This document shows positions 36,801 through 48,327 of a stretch of DNA of 49,324 bases, piece after piece. Each line of letters opens with the position of its first letter. Positions within the stretch are counted from its first letter, which is position 1. The stretch is from Fonticula alba ATCC 38817. Lineage: Eukaryota > Protista > Nucleariida. The position numbers and the translations under genes were made by a program. The notes below the pieces were generated by a model. That model was not told where the DNA came from. It searched no databases and worked only from the letters and a program-made list of their open reading frames with translations. The DNA lies in assembly GCA_000388065.2 (NCBI GenBank), contig KB932203.1, one strand, 5' to 3'.

Positions 36801-39403
36801 GCGACCCATATCAGTTCCTAATGCTGCTTGCGAGTGCGTGCAGGGCTGTGGCCCCCCTGCCCGGCGCGCATCTGGGCCAGCGGGGCAGCCGACACACCGC
36901 CCCGGCCGCATGCTCCGCCCCCGGCGACGGGGGGGGGGGGGAGACGACGAGGGCCTGCAAGGGCGGGCGCGCGAGCAGGCTGCTCACAATGGTCGGTGGC
37001 CTCGCCGGGGGTGGGGGGAGGGGGGGCAGCGAGGCCGACAGAGCAGCTGCAACACCAGCACCAGCAGTAGCACAGAGAGAGAGAGAGAGGCGGCGAAGCA
37101 CAGGCTATTAACATGACCGCGCGCGCAACACACAGGGTCGGTGTCCGACAGGGGGGGAGGGGATGAGGATAAGAGCCACGCCGCCCAGGCACACCCGCGG
37201 AGCTGATGGCGGCCTGACACAGGCGACCGGGAGGGAGCCGCACGGAAAGTTGCAGGTGCGAAAGGAGGCCGGGGACGAGGGGGCAAGCACACTGTGTGGG
37301 CGGGGAGCGGGGGGGGGGGGGGGGGGGCCATCCAACAAAACCCAGGGGATAATTGGTGCACAGGCGCGATGGCCTCGTGTCCGGGGGGGGGGAGGACGGA
37401 AAAAAAGGCCGGGGCCCGCGCGAGCGGACCCGGCGCGCTCTCACACCGCCCCCGGGGCAGGACGAGGCGAAGGGCGCACCGAGTTCGTCGGGCGGAGTGT
37501 CATCTCGGCGGTGCCAGGGGTTTCATGCCCTTCAATGGTCGATGCACCGGAAGGCCCGGGGCGAGCGGGGCCACCAGCTCCGGGCCTGTGGACGAACAGG
37601 CGGGAGCCCCCTGCGCGAGCGCGAAGGAGGTGGCCGCGGGGCTGGCAAGTGCGCCCGCCTGGCCCCCGGCCCCTTGACCCATCCAGAAACGAAGGCCGGG
37701 CGACCACGGGGGCCAGAACGCGTAGCCCGCAGCGGGAATGCACAAACAACGGAGTCGGAGGTCGCCCTCGGTCCGACGAGCCTGCACCGGAGGCGCGGGC
37801 CGCCGGCGACATGCGGCGCACTACGCGCGCTACTTGAGATGGGCGCATGTGAGGCCGGCGCAAGCGAGACAATGCCGCGGCACGGGCCGGCCGGAGGGCC
37901 GGGGACGAGGCTCGCCCGTAAGAGCGTGCCATCGGCGAGCCGACGGCGCCTGTGGAGGCCGCGCGGCGCATGTCCCCTCACAAGACCGGGGCAGGGGGAG
38001 AAAATGCCCAGGTGCACTTGCACGGGCCACACACGCGTGGCCATCACACAGAGAATGTGCACACGCCTGCATGCGTGGGGGGCCCCGCCCATCCGGGCAC
38101 CGAATGCTTGGCAGGCTTGCCGGCGCCGCGGTCTCCCGGATCCACGCTGGGGCCGGCAGGACATCTTCTCCGCCCCGCACCGCTACCCCTTCCCCGCGTT
38201 CCCCCTCCCCTCGCCCCCTGGGGGATGCCGCTCCGGGGTCGCCCCCCCGTCCGCCCCTCTCCCTCCGGGCAGGCGCCCCGGGCCGGGGAAACGACGTGCG
38301 CGCGCCCCGGGGCCCTTCTTCCCCCACTCTCAATGACCACACCCACCGGTGGAGCAGGGCACGCGGCCAATGACCATCCGACCAATCGATGGCTCGTCAG
38401 ACCGTCGCGCACCAGGGAGCCCGAGAACCCAGGGCGTCAAGGGGGCACGGGGGCGCGGCCGGAGGGCGAGCAAGAGGAGAGCCCTGGGGCGGGGGGGCGG
38501 GGGGGGGGGGGGGGGGGGGCCCGGCCGGGGGGGGGGGGGGGGCGGCACCAGCTCACTGGACACACAAGCCCTTGGCTTCCGGTCTGGACAATCTCCCCTT
38601 TCGGGAGATGCCCCCTAGTGAGACAGCATGACCGGCCCGCTCACCCGAGAGCGGACTCGCCGGGGCCGGGGAAGGGGGGGGGGGGGCGAAGACCCAGACA
38701 CACGCAGGGGAAACGCCTGGCCCCTTTCGACGCGCGGTTGGGACACGACTACCACCAGCCTTCGGCGCCGACGCCCAGAACTAGATGCGGGGCCCGGCGG
38801 CCGGGGGCGCTGGAAGGGCGGGGGGCGGGCACCGCGCCCACACCCCCCCCCCCGGTAGCCCAGCTCGACTGTGCTCCCTTCATGCGGGCTCCCCCGCCCT
38901 CGGCGGGGATCCACGGCAGATCTCCCCAGCAGGGTGGGAAGGAGCCAGGCAGTCGATTGGCCTGGTGGTTTGGCAATCAGGCACACACATGCACACCTGC
39001 GGGACCAGGATGAACAGGGGAACCCGGCGCTGCGGCTCGCCCATCATGCCTCTTTGAGCCATATTTATGGTCTGACATTTAATAACCCCTTATTGTTGCC
39101 ACTTTCACATCGTACAGCCTCGCTTTTCGCTTTGACTATTTCCTCCAGGGGTGGTGGTGATGTGTGGGGGAGGGAGGGGTAGTAGCTGCGCATGCCGGTG
39201 TGTGGCCTTTCTCTGAGTTAAAGGGGAAAGCTGGCGGGGGGGGGGGGGGGGGGGGGGGCAACGACCGTCCCCGAGGTCCCCCTCGTCTTGCCCACGCTTC
39301 CATTCTCCGCGCCCGAGCCTCCCCGGCCTCATCTCGCCCACGGGAAAAGAAGCCCAAAGAAGTGGCAACTGGGCCTGCCCCGGGCTCCCAGCCCATGCTC
39401 TCT

Positions 39404-39456
<53 letters not shown>

Positions 39457-40885
39457 TGCCCTCCTCCTCGGTCATGCATTCCCGGCGAGAGGTGGCCACG
39501 ACCGCCCGAAGTCGTGCCTCCGCCAGGGCGGACGATGTGCCGGGGGGCTCATCGTCCCGCGGCTCATGCTCACATCCCACAGGGGAGACCTCCGTCTAAC
39601 CCGGGGGCAATGGTGCAGACGCATGGGAGGGGCAGAGGGGGGGGGGGGGGCCGGGCCGACTCCCGGCATGAAAATCCACATATCAGCCCATCCCCTCTCC
39701 GGCCGGCCCCCGGCCGCCGGTCGCGCTCTAGTCTCTCTTGGGCGAATCGGCGGGGGAGAAGGCGCCGCACCACGGGGCGCGCCTCAGCGGTGGCCAGCCG
39801 TGTGTCCCAAAAGAAGGCTCCCGTATATGGGCCCCTTTGTCTGAGGGCTGCCGTGTGTGTGTATGTGTGTGTGTGTGTGTTTGTCTTCCGAACGCGCAGG
39901 CTGGGCGGGCAGGCGGGCGCCCCACCGAGGCGGCAATATTGCCTTGCTTTCTGTATCTCTCTCTCTCTCTCTCTCCCTGTCCCTGGCTCCCCGCGCTTGT
40001 TTGCACCCGCTCGGTCTTTTCACGCTCACGGAGATCGGGGATCTATCGAACCTGGTGGCCAGTCCCCTGGCCATCCCCGTTGCTTGTGCCGCCAGCCGGC
40101 CGGTGCCAGTGTTGTTGCTGCCGCTACCGAAGCAGGAGGCCTTTCTCCCCCCCCCACCGTACCCTCGCCCGCCTGGGGCATCTCTCTCACACAGGTGCCC
40201 GCAGCTGGGAGCCACCTCCGCCGCTTGCTTTTGATGGCGCACCTCGTAGTTCATGGTCGATGGCGACTTGAGTCCACCTACCCTTCTCGGGACGGGCCTC
40301 GCCCCGGGAGCAGGCGCGATGATGTGGGCAATGGTGAGGAGGGTGATGATCAGCAGCCATCTTGGCGGCCTACTTGCCAGGAGTCCCCAGCGGATTTCCC
40401 CCCTCTCTCCCTCACACCTACCCCTCCCCCCTCCCCCTCCCTCCCACACCCACGCGGCCTCACATCGTCCTCTCTTTGTTGATGCCAGCTCGCCTCCTCG
40501 CTGCTCTCTGCCCTTTCCCCACCCCCTCCCTGGGCGCCTGGTACGCCATTTCCCCGCCTCGCCTCAGATCGCACTACGACCTGCCGCTCGCCTGTCCTGA
40601 TGCCTGCCTGCCTGCCCTGATGCTTGTCTATTGTGCCGCTCTTCCTCTNNNNNNNNNNNNNNNNNNNNNNNNNNNNNNNNNNNNNNNNNNNNNNNNNNNN
40701 NNNNNNNNNNNNNNNNNNNNNNNNNNNNNNNNNNNNNNNNNNNNNNNNNNNNNNNNNNNNNNNNNNNNNNNNNNNNNNNNNNNNNNNNNNNNNNNNNNNN
40801 NNNNNNNNNNNNNNNNNNCTCTCTCTCTCTCCTCCTCCCCCACCCTACATCCATCGTCCCACGGTCTCGCTGCGGGTGATCAGCG

Positions 40886-43800
40886 ATGCTCTCGATCCAC
40901 GATCTCCTCCGGCCGCCACACGATGTGTTCGAGCTTCAGACCACCCTAGGCGCAGGCACCTTCGGGAAGGTCCTCAAGGCCCAGCACCGTGACAATGGCT
41001 CCATCTCTGCCATCAAGTGCGCATACCGAATAGCTGTTGCCCCGCCCGCCCCCCTCCCCCTCCCCCTCTCTCCCTGCGTCCCCTCGCCGGGCTGGGCTCT
41101 GACCACCATCCTCCTGCTCTCCCACCGCTCGATCTCCCCTTCAGGATTGTCCCCCTGGACCATAGCGATAAGACCAGTCAGACGGAAATCCTGCGCGAGG
41201 TGGAGCTTATGCGCGGCCTGCGCTGCAACCAAATCGTCCAGCTGCTCGGGACATACCTCCTGCCGCTGCAGCTCTGGGTGCGTGTGCCCTGCCCTTTCTT
41301 CCGCCCGTGCGCCCGCTTCTTGTCAGCCTGCGCGGAGGCTCTAACCATTGTACCGCAGATCGTTCTTGAGTACTGCCCTGGCGGAAGCATCGCCGACTAT
41401 CCACGCTTCTGCAATCGCACCCTGCAGGAGCGTCAGATCGCCTCGATTTGCCGGTGCGTGTATTCGCCTCTTCTTGTCTTCCCCTGATATCCCCCCCCCC
41501 CNNNNNNNNNNNNNNNNNNNNNNCCCCCCCCCCCCCCCCGACCTCGCACACATGCAGCGATTCTCTCGCCGGCCTTGTCTACATGCATAACCAGCGCCTC
41601 ATCCACCGCGACGTGAAGGCCGGCAATATCCTCCTCGGGATGGACGCCTCGGCGAAGCTCGCGGACTTCGGTGTTGCGTCGCGCCTCAGCTCGCAGACCA
41701 TGCACCGGCGAACGCTGACCGGCACGCCGTACTGGATGGCCCCGGAGGTTGTGCAGGAGAATGACTATGACGAGCGCGTGGATGTCTGGTCGCTGGGAAT
41801 CACCTGTATCGAAATGGCCGATGGTCGACCGCCCTTCTCGGAATTTCGTCCGATGCTGGCCATGATGATGATTCCGAGCAAGCCCCCGCCGACCGTTTCG
41901 CAGCGTGCGTTTCTCCCTGTCCCCCTTTGCCCCACTCACCTGGCCCCATCTCACCCTGCCCCCGGCATTTTTCCATATGGGGACTACACCCCCGCATGGC
42001 ATGTGTTCCCCCCTCCCAGCCGAGCGCTTCTCGCCCCTCTTCCTGGACTTCATCAGCCGGTGCCTGGTTAAGGACCCGGCACACCGGCCCAGCTCCAAGG
42101 ATCTGCTCAGCCACCCGTTCCTGTCAACCGGCGTGTCCCTGGAGCCCGTCCTCACGGAGATGATTACCGCGATTGACCGGATGTCGCAGATCTCGGTGCG
42201 TGTCGAGAGCCTTCCTCCGCCCCCTCCCCGCCTGGTGGCCACCTGTTGCCTTGCTTGTTGGCCCCTTTCTCATCTGTGTCCTATCACACCTCCCCCTCCC
42301 CGCAGGATGGCATCGCCAAGGCCCATGTGGCGATGGCCGGCGGCCCAGTTGACGTGGGCGTTGGCTCGCCCATGCACCATCCGCAACAGCCGGCGCTGCC
42401 GCAGCACCCCCACCAGCAGCAGCAGCATTATCACTCGCAGCAGCCGCACCACCCTCCACCGCCGCAGCCGCAGCCGCAGCCGCAGCCGCAGCAGCAGCAG
42501 CAGCACTACATGAAGCCACATCCGACGGCTTACCTTCTGCAGCAGGGCGGCCACGCTGTCTCCCCGAATGGGAGTACCGCCAATTACCAGTCGCCGGCGG
42601 GGACCCCTCGGCCGGCAGCCGGCGGGGCCTTCCCCCCGCCACCGCCGCCAATTGCCCTGCCCTCCCCGGGGTCCGGGTCCGGCGAGCTGGGCGGCAATTC
42701 CCTGGCGCACCACCACCCCCCCCATTCGGCTGGCGGTGGCTCGGGTCAGCCCGCGTGGTGGAGCGGTCCCGGTGCTGGGCGACACCCCTCCCCTCCAAAC
42801 TCGGCCCCGACGACTGGCAGCAGCAATCCCAGCACCTACACATACAATGGCAGTGCCACCACCGGCCCGACGGCGGCCGGCACATCATGGAACCTTCCGC
42901 CTCCCAGCCCCACTGCCGGCCATGCTCCCCTTCCGTATGGCGCCACTGGCGGGCATCAGACCCCCCTGCCGCCGGCCCCCACTCGCGCGGCTCCCCTGCC
43001 GCCAGGTGCCACCTCGCCGGCGCCCCTGCCCGGACCCATTTCTCCGCCGCCCCTGCCGCCAGCCTCGGCCCCCGGGACACAGCAGCACCCCCCGCCAGCC
43101 ATTGCCCTGCCAGCGCCTGCCACCGGTTCCCGGCAGCTGGACGGCACCTCGCCCCCCTCCTCGAAGCCCGCCTCCCCCACCTTGCAGTCGGAGCTTGGCG
43201 CCCTGCAGCACCCGCCGCCGAATATCCCCCTGAAGAATGTGCGTACACACATGTCCACACAGAGGCACACACATATATGCGCCAGTCTGCCCCCCNNNNN
43301 NNNNNNNNNNNNNNNNNNNNNNNNNNNNNNNNNNNNNNNNNNNNNNNNNNNNNNNNNNNNNNNNNNNNNNNNNNNNNNNNNNNNNNNNNNNNNNNCCTGC
43401 CTCCCCTCCCAGGCGTGTCCCACATCACCTGGCGGTCTGCCCCAACTCACCAGCCTTCTCCCGCCGTAGCTTCCTTCCCCGATCATCGCCATCTTCGTCA
43501 AGTCCGGCAATTCCACCTTCGAGGCGGACCTTCGCCGCGGGCCGTTGGCCATCATGCGCACTCCTTCCTCCGACTCGCCGAGCACCCCGGTGCCAACCAA
43601 CTCCATTTGGTTCAAGTCTCGTGTGGTCTCTCGGCACCATGCCCAGATCGACTACCACAAGCCCACCGGCCAGCTGCTCCTCTACGACATGGGGTCCTCG
43701 GCGGGGACATTCGTCAATGGCAAGCGCCTTTCCGAGTTCCAGCGCCCCTCCAAGCCCTACACCCTGTCCACGAGCGACGACGTGCGCATCGGCACTAGCA

Positions 43801-43973
43801 TCGACATGAATGGCTCGGATTTGGCCGAGGGTGCCGATGAGTCGGCCTCCCCGTCGGATCGCCGCGCCCTGCGCCTTAGCGTGTTTCTCGATTATACGCA
43901 CAACCCAGCTGGCCTGTACTGCATTATTCTGAGCAACAACCCCCACAAGCATGGCATTCGCGAGCTCTGCTAA
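40886..43973 (+). CDS. STE20/GCK-II (MST1/2-Krs-like) Ser/Thr kinase with Pro/Gln-rich linker and C-terminal FHA domain
   Basis: Phase-consistent exons 40886-41016, 41145-41277, 41359-41453, 41558-41904, 42020-42195, 42306-43238, 43470-43973. Kinase motifs: LGAGTFGKV, AIK, HRDVKAGNILL, DFG, GTPYWMAPEV, DVWSLGITCIEMADGRPP, MIPSKPPPT. FHA motif: FKSRVVSRHHAQI..DMGSSAGTFVNGKRLS..L...DDVRIG. The last intron contains a 100-N gap. Confidence 0.9.
43470..43973 (+). CDS. FHA-domain exon (SLMAP/Far10/Dma1-type)
   Basis: It starts after a TAG acceptor (43467-43469), which is also an in-frame stop. The exon lacks an in-frame ATG before the FHA's first beta-strands, so it must be spliced to an upstream exon. 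Confidence 0.85.
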   Translation, partial: LPSPIIAIFVKSGNSTFEADLRRGPLAIMRTPSSDSPSTPVPTNSIWFKSRVVSRHHAQIDYHKPTGQLLLYDMGSSAGTFVNGKRLSEFQRPSKPYTLSTSDDVRIGTSIDMNGSDLAEGADESASPSDRRALRLSVFLDYTHNPAGLYCIILSNNPHKHGIRELC

Positions 43974-44433
43974 GACACGAGCAGTGCGCCCCCAGCGTGT
44001 GCCGTGCTTTTATTGAGGCGAGGAGAGCTGTGCGCAGGCGCACGAGCTAGCGACGGAGCGCGTGCACCCCCTCCGGAGAAGGCACCTCCCCCGAGCAGCA
44101 GCAGCAGCAGCAGTAGCAGCAACAACAACAGCAATAACAACGGCCTCTGCGGTGATGACGGCAGAATGTCTCCAAAAAAAAAACGAGGGCGCCCTTCACA
44201 TCTCGCTACCTTTTTATCCCCCTTTTTATATTCAGAGCAAGGGCACACCCGCGCCCGACCCTTCCCCTCCACATGAAACGCGCCAGCGCCATCTGTCTCC
44301 AGCAATGCGCAGGATGGCACCTTCCCTGCGCACAGACAAACGGAGCAGCCCAATATCCCCCCCCTCCACCCGCATTCTCACTGCAAAGAGAGGGAGAGAG
44401 AGAGATGCTCTCGTGCACGTCCCCCCTCCCTCT

Positions 44434-44747
44434 TCCCCGATATGGGCCCCGGGGAGAGGCACGGAGCACGTGCCTCCACCATCGGTCGGGTCGAGTTAAG
44501 TCTTGGCCGCTTGTGGACCCGTGTTTCCCCCCCCTCCCCCCCCCCCCACTCCCTCCCCCCTCTCTCCCCTTCCCCCTTCCCCCCCCCTTCCCACCACACC
44601 ACACAACCAACCAAAAGCAACACCACAACCAACCCCCCCACCCGCATCCCCGATATGGGCCCCGGGGAGAGGCACGGAGCACGTGCCTCCACCATCGGTC
44701 GGGTCGAGTTAAGTCTTGGCCGCTTGTGGACCCGTGTTTCCCCCCCC
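44434..44747. repeat. Direct repeat of a 101-bp element (44434-44534 and 44647-44747; period 213)
   Basis: Identical TCCCCGATATGGGCCCCGGGGAGAGGCACGG...GTGGACCCGTGTTTCCCCCCCC copies separated by an unrelated C/A-rich spacer. Confidence 0.95.
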
Positions 44748-45641
44748 CCCCCCCCCCCCCACTTCCCTTCTTTGGCTTCATACCTCCCTTTTCTGCCCTC
44801 CTGGCCGGCCACCATGCGCTGCCGGCACAGGAATACAATCCCTAGAATAGCATGATCATCACTCCCCCCCCCCCCCCCCCCGCCCCCTCTCCCTTCTCCA
44901 CACAGCCCTCCCGTCGGATCAGAACAAGGGGGAAAGCGAGATGAGCGCCCCTCGCCCCTTGGGGAGGAAAAGACATTCAATATGTGTGCCCGTTCGAGGA
45001 AAGCGTGTTTATTGTGTTCGGGCGAATGTGAGGGGGAAGGGGGAGGGGAGGGGGACGACCAGCCGGTCGGGCTCTGCGGCACTGCACAACACCACCCACC
45101 ACAAGAATGCATAGACACCCACATACACATGCACACGCGAATTTGTCCGCCTGTGTGCGTGTGCGTATGTGCAGAAGTATGAGCAGATACAAGTGGAGGG
45201 AGGGAGAGAGGGGGGGGGGGGAGGGCAAGACTCTGCACCAGACACATGTAGCCCCCCACACCGGAGGGAGAGAGGGGTTGTATATGTATAGGTGGAGAAG
45301 GCGTAGCAAGGGGCGAATGGAGGGGCGCGTGCCAGGGGAGGAAAGCAGAAGGGGGAGGAAGGCGACAAGGGAGAAGAAGCGGCAGGCAGGCAGGCAGGCA
45401 GGCAAAGTCACACTTGCGATCATCCCCTTGCGGAGAGGGGGGAGACGCAGAACGTGAGCCTGCCGGCCCTCTGCACGCCAGCCGCGGGTCCTCTCCCCAC
45501 CTGTCGACCCACCACCGATCAACCACCTCCCCTCAGTGACACACAGCCATACATACATGCATATATGCATGCATGCATGCATAGACATGGGCACGCGAGC
45601 AAGCGCAATCACACGGCAGCTACACCGTCAGCAGAAGAACC

Positions 45642-46292
45642 CTACTCGTAAGTGGGGTAGTTGACGAAGGCGGTCTTGAGGCCGGTGGGAATGGTCGGGC
45701 TCGAGGCAACCGACTCAGCCTCTGAGGGGGGAGAGGGAGTGATTTGCGGAGGCACGGGCGGAAGAGCGGGGCGGGAGGGGATGGGCAGGGGAAGCAGGAC
45801 CAGTCAGTGACCATGATGCACATGGAGGGTGAGAGAGAGGGGAAGGAGAGAGGGAAAGACAGACTGGAAAAGGGGAAGGAGAGAGGGAAAGAGATAGAAG
45901 GGAAGGAGGGGGAGAAGGAGAAGGCTGGGTCATACACCACCACACAACACGCAGACTGGCCGGATCACCGGAGCGGAGGGGGAGCGGGCGCCGCCATGTG
46001 CATTTACTCTACGCGAGGGAAGGGGTCGTGAGTGGGGGAGAGATGCGCGGGGACGCATGGAGGAGGAGAGGGGGAGATGGTGCAAGCGCGGGTGCAAGGA
46101 GGAGAAGAGGAAAGGAAGGGGATGGAGATAGGAGGGAGGGAGGGAGTAAGGGGGACAAGGGAAGCGGGGGGGGGGGAGAGAAGGACAATGAGGAGTGGGG
46201 GAATGTAAGTAGACGAGTGGCATGACCACCCATGCGACCATCTCAGGAAGCAGGGAGGAGGGGACGGGGCCACCATACAGGCAGGCAGGTGG

Positions 46293-46330
<38 letters not shown>

Positions 46331-47321
46331 GGTGATCGGTATCGATCGGGCGCGATGGCAGGCAGGACATGACACTCGGGGAAGGGGGAAAGGGAGAAAG
46401 AAGGGGACAACTTCGCGTGGCTTTGGGTAGATGGTGGGGGGGAGGGCGGGGAAGGGAGAGGGAGAGGCATGCCCACGAGCATGGAATCAACCATGCCATA
46501 GCATCTGGCATGAAAGTCCATGCGGGAGGAAGGGACACACACACACACGTGGAAACAGACAGAACACTGCACAAGCAAAAGCCCATGGAGGAAGGCGAGG
46601 GGAGGAGAGAGGATGGAGCACCAGCAGGTGGTGCCGTTGTCGAGAAGAAGGGGAGAGGGGGAGGGAGGGGAGAGAGAGAGAGAGAGAGACAGACAGAGAG
46701 AGGAAGGATCAACGGACGCACCCTTCTTGAGGAGCTCAGCAAGAGCGGGGTTGTAGTTGTTGTTGTCGTTCCAGAAGAGAGAACGCAGGCCGTTGCCGAA
46801 CGGGAAGGGACCAAGGTGCCAGTTGAGGTAGGGGTAGGCAACGTAGTTGGTCTCATCAAGGTGCTGGTGCTCAAGGTTGGCGAAGATCACGGCAGCGCTG
46901 ATGAAGGTGAACGGGATGGCACCGAACCAGGTAAGCTTGTACCAGAGGTTGGCGGCGACTAGGGGCACAGGCGGTGAGCGCGCGTCGACGGGAGCAGGGG
47001 TTGTCAATACCACCATCACCATCACCACACCACCGGGCCGCAGGTCAGAAGAAGCCGGCGGCTGGGCAGGGGGAGGGGGGGGGGAGGGGGGGACAGAAAC
47101 AAAGAGGGGGAGAGAGGGAAAAAAGCCACCGCCGGCGTCATGTGCAGAAGGGGCTATGGCGACGTACTGGCAGCGCGCTCGATGGCGGCGCGCTCGGACT
47201 CGAGCATCGGGGGAGTCGGGCGACCAGGGCCAGCACGGACGGTCTCGACGTACTTGGTGGCCTGGCGCATGTTGGCGGCAGAGGAGAAGCGGCGGACGGC
47301 GCCGGAGGTGGCACGGAACAT
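45642..47321 (-). CDS. COX6A: Cytochrome c oxidase subunit 6A (COX13), 3 exons, 156 aa
   Basis: Phase-consistent exons 47321-47168, 46958-46722, 45721-45642. Presequence MFRATSGAVRRFSSAA; TM ANLWYKLTWFGAIPFTFISAAVIF; YVAYPYLNWHLGPFPFGNGLRSLFWN (cf. [26 protein letters not shown]). Confidence 0.9.
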
Positions 47322-48327
47322 GGTGGAGGGGCGGATGGGGGAGGGGGGGAGGAAGAAAAGGGGAAATCGAGGAGGAGGATCAACACCTTTTGGCGGCCCG
47401 GCCCCAGGGCCGCGGGCCACACTCTGGTGGCACTTCATCCCGTCCGCCGAGGTACCCCCCCCGCCCCCCCGCCCCCAGCATGTGGGCAAGGGCCTGCGGC
47501 AGCTGGGGCCACTGCTCCCGACAAACGTGCAGGCACCCATAGGGGGCGAGGCAGAGCCAGCAACCCTTGTCTTGCTCGGTCCCCGCGCCGGCCCTCTCCC
47601 GCATACAAGAAGAAGAAGCCCACCCCTGTGCCTGTGGCGTCACCCAGTCCCCCTCTGGGCTTCTCAGAGGGCTCTCCGGGCATCACAACACGACGTCGCT
47701 CCTGGCTGACCTTGCACCCCCCCCCCGGGGGGGGGGGCCGGGAGAACAGTGAAGGGGCACGAGACAGATGCGCGGGGGAGGGCTGCGCGACCAGCCAGGC
47801 AGCTCTCGTGCGAGCCCTCATCCCCCACCCCGGCAGGAGGGGCCGTCCCCAATCGCCAAGTGTGAGTCATTTGATCCGCGAGCTCCCATTCTGAATCCCC
47901 CCCCCCCGGACGCCAGACTTTGGGCGGAGCAGGAGGGCCAACCAACACCAACCGACCAGCGGCAAGTTGCCCTCACGCCCCCCCCTGTCTCTTGCTCATC
48001 GGGCGGATGGGCCTTCGGCCGCGTTGAGGGAACAGCCCAACCAGCTCTCAAGGCGGGGGCGGGGGGCTTGCCCCAGGAAGCCAACGGACGGCTCCCCCGC
48101 ACCCTCGGATATCAGCGGCCCTGCAGATTCTTTAGGGTTTAAGTTTGAGGCAGAGCCCAGGCGCGAGGACATCCACCGCCAGCCCCTTCCGCCCCCCCCC
48201 CCTCTGCAAGCAGGGGCAGCACCTCCACACGCCCAGACCGAGACACAGAGGCAGGGCTGCCAATGAAAGCGCCAGGGATCGGGAATGTCGACTCTATTCA
48301 TGTGATCTGGGTTGGGAGCTGGAGGGC

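Noticed and set aside
39784-40449. - strand ORF containing MNYEVRHQKQ.. and a short hydrophobic stretch
   Set aside because: It runs through microsatellites and has no family signal or consistent exon chain.
44434-44534. Duplicated element as a tRNA, tRNA-derived SINE or hammerhead ribozyme
   Set aside because: No cloverleaf, only a partial B-box-like GGTCGAG, no A-box, and no CTGANGA/GAAA core on either strand.
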